Below the pieces are notes generated by a model. The model saw nothing but the letters and a program-made list of their open reading frames with translations, was not told the DNA's origin and made no database searches. Positions 53,839 through 63,157 of a stretch of DNA of 64,000 nucleotides are shown here, in pieces. The translations under genes were made by a program, and so were the position numbers. The DNA lies in the IMG/VR virus record IMGVR_UViG_3300046092_000062, positions 186,001-250,000 of that record; one strand, given 5' to 3'. How positions within the stretch are numbered: position 1 is the first letter of the stretch; each line of letters starts with the position of its first letter.

Positions 53839-54465
53839 ATGAGTTTAAACCTGTCGCTCGACCAATTAAAACAAATCATTCCCGGTAACAAACACGTAGA
53901 GCATTGGCACGAAGCCTTGTGCGAAATCCTTCCGGACTACGATATTGACACACCCCAACGCCTTGCGGCATTCCTTGCACAATGCGCCCACGAAAGCGGC
54001 GGCTTCACTGCTATTAAAGAAAACTTAAACTATCGTCCTGCTACACTAGTGACATTGTTTAAGAAGTACTTTGACCTTGAAACTGCTACTCGCTATTGCG
54101 CCATGCCAGATAAGCAAGCTGCGATTGCTAACAGAATTTACGCTAACCGTATGGGCAATGGCCCTGAAGAATCAGGCGACGGCTATCGCTATTGCGGTCG
54201 TGGCTTGATCCAGTTAACTGGTAAAGACAACTATACCCGTTATGCACAAAGTCTTGAAATTGATGTAGAAGAAGCTAGCGAGCATTTAACTACATTCGAA
54301 GGTTGTGTACAAAGTGCAGCTTGGTTCTGGGAAGCTAATAACTTAAACCAGTGGGCTGACAAGGGCGATATCCTAACACTAACCAAGCGCATCAACGGTG
54401 GTACTATTGGTTTAGAAGATCGCATTAAGCATTACCAACACGCATTGCACGTACTAGGCGCTTAA
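53839..54465 (+). CDS. glycoside hydrolase family 19 endolysin
   Basis: AAFLAQCAHES, ENLNY, GRGLIQLTG..NY, SAAWFW, INGG..GL.DR. Confidence 0.92.
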   Translation: MSLNLSLDQLKQIIPGNKHVEHWHEALCEILPDYDIDTPQRLAAFLAQCAHESGGFTAIKENLNYRPATLVTLFKKYFDLETATRYCAMPDKQAAIANRIYANRMGNGPEESGDGYRYCGRGLIQLTGKDNYTRYAQSLEIDVEEASEHLTTFEGCVQSAAWFWEANNLNQWADKGDILTLTKRINGGTIGLEDRIKHYQHALHVLGA

Positions 54466-54466
54466 C

Positions 54467-54928
54467 ATGTGGTTGCTACATTTCCTTCCTGACAGCTTTC
54501 TGCAATTTGTAGTTCACGCTATCTTAATTGCGGGTATCATTGGTACGTTCCTGAGTTTCTTTGTTGTTAACAGGATTCTTATGGCTCTGCCAATGTTGTC
54601 TAGTTATGTTAATGTGGCACAGCTTGTTAGTGCAATTACTTTGGCAGCAGGTGTTTACTTTGAAGGTGGGTATGCAGCGGAAACGCAATGGCGTGCCCGC
54701 GTTGCTGAAATGGAAGTTAAAGTGGCAGCAGCAGAAGCTGAAGCTAAAACTGCCAATGATAAACTAGCAAAGAAGAGTAAAGAAAAGGTTCGAGTGATTC
54801 GTGAGAAGGCTGTAGTGGTTAAACAATACATCACTCGTGAAGTTACCAAATATGATGCTACCTGCAAGATCCCAGAACCAGTAGTTAAGGCGCACAATGC
54901 AGCAGCGAAAAACGAGACAATTAAATGA
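54467..54928 (+). CDS. putative inner-membrane spanin (Rz-like)
   Basis: N-terminal TM helices, Ala/Glu/Lys coiled coil, C-terminal C.IP; directly follows endolysin. Confidence 0.65.
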   Translation: MWLLHFLPDSFLQFVVHAILIAGIIGTFLSFFVVNRILMALPMLSSYVNVAQLVSAITLAAGVYFEGGYAAETQWRARVAEMEVKVAAAEAEAKTANDKLAKKSKEKVRVIREKAVVVKQYITREVTKYDATCKIPEPVVKAHNAAAKNETIK

Positions 54929-55818
54929 AAATAACTGAAATTATATTAGAAAACTTTGCAGATGGTCGACACCCCGAAGATAAGGGCGACAGCAAACGTC
55001 ATGGCATCCCAAAACATGCAACCCTTGCACAGTTAGATAGTATGACTCATGCAGGTGGCCGTAAAGGTCAATTAGCACACTGGCAAGCTAATATGCGTCG
55101 TGGTCGAGCTAAAAATGAAGCCGAAGGCGATGCCGAAGGATTGCCTCATTTAACTAAAGAATTGCTAACACACATTGTTCAGCAAATTGGTACCGAAGGT
55201 GCCCACGCTATTATCAAAAGCCTAGAGTGGGGCGATGGTGCAGCAGATGAATTGCTGGATCTAATCAAACATGATTTGGAACAAGACATCGGAATTGAAG
55301 AGAGTGTTAAGCAGAGATTGGATAAAAGCTGTTGGGCTGGGTATCACAAAGCTGGTACCAAAATTAAAGGCGGAGTTAGAGTTAACAACTGCGTAGCCAA
55401 TGAATGTGAATGCGACGATGAAGAGCAAAATCTAAACGAACAGTTTGACTTAATCGAGTCATGGGTCGAAAGTTTAGCTGAAGCACACGGGGTCGACAGT
55501 GAACTGATATGGGAAGACTTTGAATCAGTTGATGACGAAGAGTTGCTTGCTGAAACCGCTGCATGGAGAACTAGCAAGGGTAAGAATAAAAACGGCGGAC
55601 TAAACGCCAAAGGTGTTGCTAGCTATCGTCGCGAGAATCCGGGTAGCAAACTGCAAACTGCGGTTACTACTAAGCCTAGCAAACTTAAAAAAGGTTCTAA
55701 AGCAGCCAAGCGCCGCAAGAGCTTCTGCGCCAGAATGTCGGGCGTTAAAGGCCCAATGAAAAAGCCGAATGGTAAGCCAACTCGTAAAGCACTAGCTTTG
55801 CGTAAATGGAATTGCTAA
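54925..55818 (+). CDS. modular acidic/basic protein, possible internal head protein
   Basis: modules ENFADG, CW.GY.K.G..CV, acidic block, K.GGLN.KG...SFCARM. Confidence 0.7.
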   Translation: MKITEIILENFADGRHPEDKGDSKRHGIPKHATLAQLDSMTHAGGRKGQLAHWQANMRRGRAKNEAEGDAEGLPHLTKELLTHIVQQIGTEGAHAIIKSLEWGDGAADELLDLIKHDLEQDIGIEESVKQRLDKSCWAGYHKAGTKIKGGVRVNNCVANECECDDEEQNLNEQFDLIESWVESLAEAHGVDSELIWEDFESVDDEELLAETAAWRTSKGKNKNGGLNAKGVASYRRENPGSKLQTAVTTKPSKLKKGSKAAKRRKSFCARMSGVKGPMKKPNGKPTRKALALRKWNC

Positions 55819-56087
55819 TGAAATACACGTTAATCGCGTTTGCACTATTATTATCAGGATGTAGCACAACTGCACCGGTTGTAGCTAAGTTCCCCGACGA
55901 ACCAGGCAAAGCCGCTATGGAATCATGTCCACAGCTGACGACAGTAGAGAACGGGGTGAAGTTGAGTGAGTTGACTGCGACGGTAACGCAGAATTACAGC
56001 ACCTACTACGAGTGTGCAGTAAAGGTTGATACCTGGCAGGAATGGTATCGTGTACAAAAACAAATATTTGAGGGAGTATCTAAATGA
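55818..56087 (+). CDS. putative outer-membrane spanin lipoprotein (Rz1-like)
   Basis: lipobox LLSGC, Pro-rich, additional Cys. Confidence 0.7.
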   Translation: MKYTLIAFALLLSGCSTTAPVVAKFPDEPGKAAMESCPQLTTVENGVKLSELTATVTQNYSTYYECAVKVDTWQEWYRVQKQIFEGVSK

Positions 56088-56160
56088 GCGACCGTAAAGA
56101 AGAATGTCCACACTGTGGCCATAAGCATCCAAAGAACTAAAACTATAAAGGAGATCGAAG

Positions 56161-56706
56161 ATGGCAGAAGAAATCAAGGAAGTAAAACCCCTTTCACGTT
56201 CAGAGCGTGAAGCACAAATTAAAGACAAAGCAGGTCTAGTAATCGTTATCATGGCATTGTTCATGGCAGTTACCACATACTTTGCTAACCAGCACTCAGG
56301 TGCAGCATTGAAGAACATGTTAAAGGCAACTGATACATACGCTTTCTTCCAGTCTAAGAGCATCAAGCAAACTATTGCTGAAGGTCAACGTGATGACTAT
56401 ATTGCTCGTGGTGACAAGGCCAAAGCCGGATCATTGCAGGCAAAGATTGATCGTTACGAAAGTGATCCAGTTAAAGGCGAAGGCAAGAAGGAATTGCTAG
56501 CAAAAGCACAAGCATACGAAGCTGCCCGCGATGAAGCAAGTAAGCACAGCCCATGGTTGACGTTTGCTAGCATGGCGTTCCAGTTGGCTATCGTATTGTT
56601 GAGTGCAAGTATCTTGTCAGTTAACAATAAGATGTATAAGTTTAGTGAAGTGGTTGCTGTCATTGGCATTGTTTTACTAAGTCAAGGCATTTGGCTTTGG
56701 TTCTAA
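56161..56706 (+). CDS. membrane protein (DUF4337-like)
   Basis: TM-coiled coil-2TM topology; FFQSKSIKQ motif recalled from the family. Confidence 0.6.
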   Translation: MAEEIKEVKPLSRSEREAQIKDKAGLVIVIMALFMAVTTYFANQHSGAALKNMLKATDTYAFFQSKSIKQTIAEGQRDDYIARGDKAKAGSLQAKIDRYESDPVKGEGKKELLAKAQAYEAARDEASKHSPWLTFASMAFQLAIVLLSASILSVNNKMYKFSEVVAVIGIVLLSQGIWLWF

Positions 56707-56715
56707 GGAGTAAAC

Positions 56716-57237
56716 ATGTTTAAGAAATCAACTAAACCAGAAGTAGAAGTAGTCGAAGCAGAAGTGTTAGGCAAAGGCGAATGGATGCAGAAATACTGGC
56801 GTCCTTGTGCAGCGTTTATGTACATGATTTGCTGTTTAGCAGACTTTGCTATCTTCCCAATCATGTTTACCGTTGTGCAGTTTTGGGAAATGCAAGCAGC
56901 AAATGATGCGTTCCGTCAATGGGTACCGATTACATTACAGGGCGGTGGCTTGTTCCACGTGAGTATGTGTGCGGTATTAGGCGTAAGTGCATATGGTCGT
57001 ACCCAAGAGAAGTTAGCAGGACAGTCATCTGTGCCAGACGCAGCAGGATTGCCTAGCCCAACATTATCTACAGCGACACCAGCAGTGGCACCAACTACAA
57101 CTCCTGCGCCAGCAGCGACTCCAGTTGCAACTCCTGCACCAGCAGCGTTTACCCCAACCTTTGCTGCACCAACTGTGGTAGCAACAACAGCAAGTGGCAA
57201 GAAGATTGTCCCAGAAGCTGAACAACCATTACTATAA
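56716..57237 (+). CDS. putative holin
   Basis: WM.K.WRP, 2 TM segments, LG..AYGRT.EK, Ala/Pro/Thr-rich tail; lysis context. Confidence 0.55.
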   Translation: MFKKSTKPEVEVVEAEVLGKGEWMQKYWRPCAAFMYMICCLADFAIFPIMFTVVQFWEMQAANDAFRQWVPITLQGGGLFHVSMCAVLGVSAYGRTQEKLAGQSSVPDAAGLPSPTLSTATPAVAPTTTPAPAATPVATPAPAAFTPTFAAPTVVATTASGKKIVPEAEQPLL

Positions 57238-57246
57238 GGAAATAAT

Positions 57247-57444
57247 ATGAAAGATTTATTAGCAATCGTAATCGCAGTGTGTGCATTGACTGCACATGCT
57301 GGCGGCGAAAAGAAAGAAGTCTGTACTGACGTAAAAGACAAAGCAGGCAAAGTGGTTAAGAACAAAGATGGTAGCACAAAGCAATCTTGTAAGACTATCA
57401 AGGTCCACAAGAAAGTTGAAGGCGAAAAAGTACCAACTAAGTAA
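57247..57444 (+). CDS. small secreted Lys-rich protein
   Basis: signal peptide ending AHA; Cys pair. Confidence 0.65.
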   Translation: MKDLLAIVIAVCALTAHAGGEKKEVCTDVKDKAGKVVKNKDGSTKQSCKTIKVHKKVEGEKVPTK

Positions 57445-57447
57445 CAC

Positions 57448-57495
57448 TTGACACCAAATGAAAAGTCCTGTATAATATACATACAGGACTTTTTT
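57448..57495 (+). promoter_or_regulatory. sigma70 promoter with -10 inside a terminator-like hairpin
   Basis: TTGACA-17-TATAAT; AAAAGTCCTGTA/TACAGGACTTTT. Confidence 0.75.
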
Positions 57496-57711
57496 ATGAA
57501 CCCAATTTATGAACTATTAACTAAACATCAGTATGATGTATGGGATGTTCCTACACAGTTTCAAATTAGGAATGAAATTCTAGCTTTGGGAATCCCAGGT
57601 CTAGTAGATGTACAGTTTAACCTTAAAAGGTCAGAAGCTAAGGTAACGCCGGTGTTTGCGACCGAACAAGACTATACTTGGTATCAATTAAAATATGTCA
57701 ACTCACTATGA
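57496..57711 (+). CDS. orphan LRW-like mini-protein
   Basis: tail FATEQDYTWYQLKY. Confidence 0.65.
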   Translation: MNPIYELLTKHQYDVWDVPTQFQIRNEILALGIPGLVDVQFNLKRSEAKVTPVFATEQDYTWYQLKYVNSL

Positions 57712-58540
57712 AACGCTTGGCTTAACAGAGTCAGCAACACAAGACGATATCAAAAAAGCATATCGCAGTCTTGCTAGCAAGAACCATCCCGACAAAGGTG
57801 GAGACACAGCTAAGTTCCAGGAAATCCAAGCAGCATACGCAGCAATTGAAACTCCCGAAAAGCGTGAGCAATACGATGCTGAACGCCGTAACCCATTTGG
57901 CAATAGACAGCACGGCTTTAATACCAGCAATATGGATATTAATGACCTAATGCGTAACTTTGGGTTTGCATTTAATGGTGCCGGATTCCAACAGCGCCAG
58001 CAACGTAATCGAGACATTCGGGTTACAGTACAAATAAACTTAGCAGAAACACTAGAAGTTCAAAAGCGCACATTAAATATTAACACAAATCGGGCAACTG
58101 CGGACCAAGTGGTTGATATCGAAATTCCACGTGGCGTGTATTCGGACAGCAGCATTAAGTATCCGGGCCTCGGCGACAACCTTTTTACCACATTGCCCCG
58201 TGGTGATTTGTACGTTAATATTGTTGTTATGCCGCACCCGCGATTCCAAATTAATGGAATTGATTTGTTCACATCCATTGACATTGATTGCCTTGATGCT
58301 ATAATTGGATGTAGCAAAGAGTTTACCACTTTAGACAACCGAACTTTTAGTCTCACAGTGCCGCAAGGTACGCAGCCCGGGACTAAATTTAAAATTGGAG
58401 GACAAGGTCTTTATGCGCTAAATCAATCTAACAGGGGTAATTTGTATTTGATTGCAAATATCACTGTTCCAACAAATTTAACAGAAACTCAGGTAGAAGC
58501 CATTCGTCAACTAACTAAAAATCAAGATGCTACAAACTAA
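57695..58540 (+). CDS. dnaJ: DnaJ/CbpA-type J-domain co-chaperone (no Zn finger)
   Basis: J domain with HPD; G/F region; C-terminal GDLYV, G.QPG. Confidence 0.9.
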   Translation: MSTHYETLGLTESATQDDIKKAYRSLASKNHPDKGGDTAKFQEIQAAYAAIETPEKREQYDAERRNPFGNRQHGFNTSNMDINDLMRNFGFAFNGAGFQQRQQRNRDIRVTVQINLAETLEVQKRTLNINTNRATADQVVDIEIPRGVYSDSSIKYPGLGDNLFTTLPRGDLYVNIVVMPHPRFQINGIDLFTSIDIDCLDAIIGCSKEFTTLDNRTFSLTVPQGTQPGTKFKIGGQGLYALNQSNRGNLYLIANITVPTNLTETQVEAIRQLTKNQDATN

Positions 58541-60818
58541 TCCAGAAATTGACCACATCGTTGCAGAAGCAACAAACCTTGCAAAAGAACACAAACACGA
58601 GTACGTGGTTGCGGAACACATGTTGCTTTGCCTTGTTAAGTACAAGCCATTTAATGAATTGATTTACGGCTACGGTATCGACACTGATGGCTTGATCAAA
58701 GATCTTGAGACATACATTGCAGGACTAACCGACTTGGTTAACCCCAATGTCACTGAGCCAAAGAAGACTCATGCACTGGAACGTGTGTTTAATCGAGCAT
58801 TCACGCAGGTGTTGTTCTCTGCACGTACACACGTTCAAGTCATTGACTTGTTCCTAAGCCTGCATTCTGAGAACAGCACCTATGCACACTACTTCATGGT
58901 CAAGTATGGCATGGACCGTGCAAAACTTGTTGATTACTACAACAAGCACTACACAGAAGAAGCACATCGCAAAGAAGCTGGAAAAGAGAAAGCCGACGAG
59001 TTCATTGAACAGTACTGTGCTAACCTGAACAAGCAGGCAATTGAAGGAACAATCGATCCAGTAATCGGACGCGAGTACGAGTTGGACGAAATTGCAGAAG
59101 TTCTAGCCAAGCGTAACAAGAGCAACGTGTTGCTGATTGGTGATCCAGGTGTAGGTAAGACTGCTATTGCAGAAGGTCTTGCACTCAACATTGTCAACGG
59201 CACTGTGCCCGAGTACTTGAAAGATCACACTGTCTACAACTTGGACATTGGTAGCTTGCTTGCTGGATCTAAGTACCGCGGTGAGTTTGAAGAAAAGTTC
59301 CAGGACGTTATCAAAGGGCTCAAAGCAAAAGGCAAGGCAATCTTGTTTATTGACGAAGCGCACCAAATGCGCGGAGCAGGTTCTGGTAGCAACAGCAGCG
59401 TTGACTTTGGCAACATGATTAAGCCTGCATTGACTAAAGGCCAAATCAAAGTGTTGGCAAGTACAACATGGGAAGAATACAGCCAGAGCTTTGAGAAGGA
59501 TCGTGCATTGATGCGCCGTTTCCAACGTATTACCGTCGATGAGCCAACTCCAGCAGTTGCTAAGGACATTCTCAAAGGTCTCAAAGAGAAGTTTGAATTA
59601 TTCCATGGTGGTGTTATTACAGATGAAGCCATTGACGCAGCAGTTGATCTCAGCGTTCGTTACCAAACTGACAAGAAGCTGCCCGACAAAGCAATTGACT
59701 TGATTGACAGCACATGTGCTCGTCTTAAGATTAAGACTGTGGACTTTGTTGTTACACGTAGCCATATAGTGGATGCAATCAGCAAGTTTACTAAGATCCC
59801 AGTTGAACAAATTGGCAATACCAACAACGGTGGTGCAATCACTAACCTCGAAAGCAATATTAAAGTTAAACTGTACGGGCAAGATTCAGCAGTTGATTCT
59901 GTGCTGGAAAAGATCTATGTGGCGCGAGCTGGATTGAAGAGCTTGAACAAACCCGTTGGTAACTTCTTGTTCCTTGGCCCAACTGGTACAGGTAAGACTG
60001 AACTGGCTAAGTTGCTTGCAGAGAACTTAGGCATGAAACTGTTGCGTTACGATATGAGCGAGTATCAAGAAAAGCACAGCGTAGCTAAATTGATTGGTGC
60101 GCCTCCTGGCTACGTCGGCTACGACGATGGCAACTTGGGCGGCGGCATGTTGATTAGTGACGTTGAGAAAAGCCCTAACAGTATCATCTTAATGGATGAA
60201 ATTGAAAAGGCTCACCCCGACGTGTCTAACATCTTGTTGAGCTTAATGGATGAAGGTATGGTTACTAGCAGCAACGGCAAGAAAGCTGACTGCCGTAACT
60301 GTATTGTGATCCTTACAAGTAACTTGGGTGCAGCAGCAAACGAGCGTAACAACATTGGTTTTGGTCGCAGTATGCAAAAGACTGACGAAGACGACAAAGC
60401 AGTTAAGGACTTCTTTAAGCCAGAGTTCCGTAATCGCTTAGACGGCATTGTTAAGTTCAACAAGCTGGACCAATTGAGTATGCGCAAGATTGTCAGCAAG
60501 TTTGTTAACGAAATTAACGTGTTGCTTGCAGAACGTCAGATCAAAGTGCGCTTGAGCGAGTCAGCAATTGACGAAATCATTGCCACAGGCTTTGATGCTA
60601 AGATGGGTGCTCGACCTGTTCAACGTAAGATTAACGACTTGATTAAAGTACCATTGAGTAAGAAAATCTTGTTTGATAACATCGGTCCTAACACTATCAT
60701 GGTAGTGGACTATGTTAACAAAGAGTTCACCTTTGAAGCACAATCAGCGTTTGATATCGCACCACAACCTACCGTAAACGAAGATGGATTCATTGTTCTG
60801 GACCAACCTAAATCCTAA
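58527..60818 (+). CDS. clpA: ClpA-type AAA+ chaperone
   Basis: two NBDs GDPGVGKT and GPTGTGKT, FIDEAH, LPDKAID, MGARP; no long ClpB middle domain. Confidence 0.9.
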   Translation: MLQTNPEIDHIVAEATNLAKEHKHEYVVAEHMLLCLVKYKPFNELIYGYGIDTDGLIKDLETYIAGLTDLVNPNVTEPKKTHALERVFNRAFTQVLFSARTHVQVIDLFLSLHSENSTYAHYFMVKYGMDRAKLVDYYNKHYTEEAHRKEAGKEKADEFIEQYCANLNKQAIEGTIDPVIGREYELDEIAEVLAKRNKSNVLLIGDPGVGKTAIAEGLALNIVNGTVPEYLKDHTVYNLDIGSLLAGSKYRGEFEEKFQDVIKGLKAKGKAILFIDEAHQMRGAGSGSNSSVDFGNMIKPALTKGQIKVLASTTWEEYSQSFEKDRALMRRFQRITVDEPTPAVAKDILKGLKEKFELFHGGVITDEAIDAAVDLSVRYQTDKKLPDKAIDLIDSTCARLKIKTVDFVVTRSHIVDAISKFTKIPVEQIGNTNNGGAITNLESNIKVKLYGQDSAVDSVLEKIYVARAGLKSLNKPVGNFLFLGPTGTGKTELAKLLAENLGMKLLRYDMSEYQEKHSVAKLIGAPPGYVGYDDGNLGGGMLISDVEKSPNSIILMDEIEKAHPDVSNILLSLMDEGMVTSSNGKKADCRNCIVILTSNLGAAANERNNIGFGRSMQKTDEDDKAVKDFFKPEFRNRLDGIVKFNKLDQLSMRKIVSKFVNEINVLLAERQIKVRLSESAIDEIIATGFDAKMGARPVQRKINDLIKVPLSKKILFDNIGPNTIMVVDYVNKEFTFEAQSAFDIAPQPTVNEDGFIVLDQPKS

Positions 60819-61539
60819 GATCGTTTGCGAAGATACACGTAAGCAGTTCTATGGCCAGTTTTGTTATAAGCTGGTCATAGAGGCTCACGGTAGTAGGTCT
60901 ATCACCGAAACGAGGCCCGATGATTGCATTGCAAATCATTTAGCTGATAGACGATCTAAGCAAAAGCATATTAACTACGGCGGCAGTTGGGCGACACAAT
61001 CCACTTGGGCACAGCGGCAAGCAGATGAACTAAAAAAATCGGACCCGGTATTCCTTGAAGAATTGCGAAGTATCAAAAATGGGTATGGTAATCGGATCCG
61101 AATGCGCATTGAAGAGCCCTGGTTACAGATTTATACCAGAGACGAACAGACTCTCAAAGACATTGCCGCAAGACTAAATCACGATCAAACTATTGCTAGC
61201 AGACTATTAAGTGTTAGTACACCGGCTAGCCCAGAACAGCAGACATTGCTAGAAGCGGGTCATATTATTGCAGCACCTAATTCCAAGCAAGAATACAAAT
61301 ACAAGATAGTGCTCAGAGACGGTTCCTACAGCATGGAAACCAAGCAGTCAATTGTTAATTATTTAAAAACAATGGGCAATGAAGTTAAAGTTTCCGCAGC
61401 TAATATGAACATGTTATCAGGCCCATTGAAATACATATGGGGATGTTTTGTTTATACCAACGACCCATCTATTACAACAATGATCGGTTTAATTGCTCCG
61501 GGAATGGTTGGAAAAATTCACGAGATCGTGAAACTGTGA
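60784..61539 (+). CDS. hypothetical protein
   Basis: 251-aa ORF. Confidence 0.75.
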   Translation: MDSLFWTNLNPKIVCEDTRKQFYGQFCYKLVIEAHGSRSITETRPDDCIANHLADRRSKQKHINYGGSWATQSTWAQRQADELKKSDPVFLEELRSIKNGYGNRIRMRIEEPWLQIYTRDEQTLKDIAARLNHDQTIASRLLSVSTPASPEQQTLLEAGHIIAAPNSKQEYKYKIVLRDGSYSMETKQSIVNYLKTMGNEVKVSAANMNMLSGPLKYIWGCFVYTNDPSITTMIGLIAPGMVGKIHEIVKL

Positions 61540-61572
61540 AATAAATACTACTATAATATCAAGGAGCCTAAG

Positions 61573-61740
61573 ATGGCAAAAATTCAAGAACAAGTAATCG
61601 TAATCAGACTTAGCAAACTAGTTAAGGATTCTGATGATCACTTTCCAGATCTAGCAACTGAAGAAGTTGTTGCTAGCCTAGAACAAGTAACACAAGAATT
61701 GGTTGCAGCCGGCGTAGTCGTCGAAGTTGCGGCTGGATAA
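61573..61740 (+). CDS. small hypothetical protein (55 aa, not in track)
   Basis: AAGGAG SD, TAAATA upstream; MAKIQEQVIVIRLSKL... Confidence 0.7.
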   Translation: MAKIQEQVIVIRLSKLVKDSDDHFPDLATEEVVASLEQVTQELVAAGVVVEVAAG

Positions 61741-61759
61741 CTCACACAAGAAAGTAAAC

Positions 61760-62650
61760 ATGGTTAAAAAAGTAACTACACCTGCCTCCGGGCAATCTAC
61801 CTCTGACGCTATTGCCGCAATCAAAGCAGCAGCAGAAGCAGCACAACAAACAGCAGCACCTGCTCCAAAGCCACAAGGTACACCGTTTGATTTCTCTAAG
61901 TGCCATTTGCACATTGGTATTCCTTGCTATGGCGGCATGATGAGCGAGCCAACTGTTACCAGTTTGTTGCGTTTTATTTTGCTTGCACAACAAGTGGGAC
62001 TAAACTGGAGCTTGGATACAATGGTCAATGAATCATTGGTTACTCGTGCTCGTAACAACTTAATGGCTAAGATGATGACCAACGAGCAAGCTACCCACTT
62101 TTTCTTCATTGACGCAGACATTAGGTTCGAACCAGATGCTCCTTTAAAAATGATGGCATGTGATAAGGACGTTATTGGCGGCTTGTACCCTAAGAAAGCA
62201 CTCCCAGTTAACTACGTTATTAACTTGAACCCACAAACAAAGGTGCAAGGCGATATCTTTACAGTAGACACCATGGGCACGGGATTTTTGATGTTTAAAC
62301 GTGATGTTTACGCTAAGTTAATCGCGGCGCACCCGGAAACCAAGTATGTTGACGATGTGGGCCTAGGTAAACAATACGAGCCAATGATGTACAGCATCTT
62401 CGATTGTGAGATTGACGAACGCGGTCATTACTTGAGCGAAGACTGGTTGTTCTGCCGCAGATGGCAAAAGCTAGGTGGCGAGATTTGGGCACACGGTAAA
62501 GTATTGTTGAACCACATTGGTCACTACGAGTTCCAAGGCGACTTGAGCAAGATGCCACAGTTTGGCGCACCAGTTGCACAAGCAGAAGGCCAACAGTTAC
62601 CGCAGGCATTAACTGATGCTATGAATATGGCTGTTAAAAAGGACGCATAA
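61760..62650 (+). CDS. GT-A fold glycosyltransferase-like protein
   Basis: IGIPCYGG, ESLVTRARN, FIDADI (DXD), LSEDWLFC. Confidence 0.72.
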   Translation: MVKKVTTPASGQSTSDAIAAIKAAAEAAQQTAAPAPKPQGTPFDFSKCHLHIGIPCYGGMMSEPTVTSLLRFILLAQQVGLNWSLDTMVNESLVTRARNNLMAKMMTNEQATHFFFIDADIRFEPDAPLKMMACDKDVIGGLYPKKALPVNYVINLNPQTKVQGDIFTVDTMGTGFLMFKRDVYAKLIAAHPETKYVDDVGLGKQYEPMMYSIFDCEIDERGHYLSEDWLFCRRWQKLGGEIWAHGKVLLNHIGHYEFQGDLSKMPQFGAPVAQAEGQQLPQALTDAMNMAVKKDA

Positions 62651-63120
62651 TGCAAGAAATTGAAAAGATCAAGTTTCGAGTTGGTATCAGTGGTACCTAC
62701 TGGGACAAGAAACCCCAGTTTAGCATTGCAATCTCTGGCAAAGAATATACAGCAGGTTATATCACTTCTCCGTCAGGGGAAACAGAATACCATGAATTTC
62801 TAGTAGACCTAGTTGACGGAGATCATCGGCTGGAAATTTCGCTGTTGAACAAAGATAGTTCAGACACCGTTAAAGACAATGACGGCGAGAACTTTACTAT
62901 CGTTAAGGATATGCTGCTCAACATCGATCATATCGAAATTGATGACATTGACATTGGGCATTTGCGTCATCTCAAGAGCCATTATGTGCCTGTGAAAAAA
63001 CAGGTATACAACGGTGCCATTGTTGATCGCATCGAGCAGTGCGTAAACATGGGATGGACTGGTACATACATCCTTGAATTTAGCAGTCCTTTCTACCTTT
63101 GGCTATTGGAAAACCTATAA
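62650..63120 (+). CDS. hypothetical protein
   Basis: beta-rich 156 aa. Confidence 0.7.
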   Translation: MQEIEKIKFRVGISGTYWDKKPQFSIAISGKEYTAGYITSPSGETEYHEFLVDLVDGDHRLEISLLNKDSSDTVKDNDGENFTIVKDMLLNIDHIEIDDIDIGHLRHLKSHYVPVKKQVYNGAIVDRIEQCVNMGWTGTYILEFSSPFYLWLLENL

Positions 63121-63157
63121 GCCATTTTAGACTAAATACAGCAATAACGGAATTTTT

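Noticed and set aside
60784-61539. Possible tandem LRW-like modules (IYTRDEQTL, FVYTNDPSITTMIGL)
   Set aside because: Resemblance is too weak by eye and there is no L[RK]W tail; it needs an HMM test.
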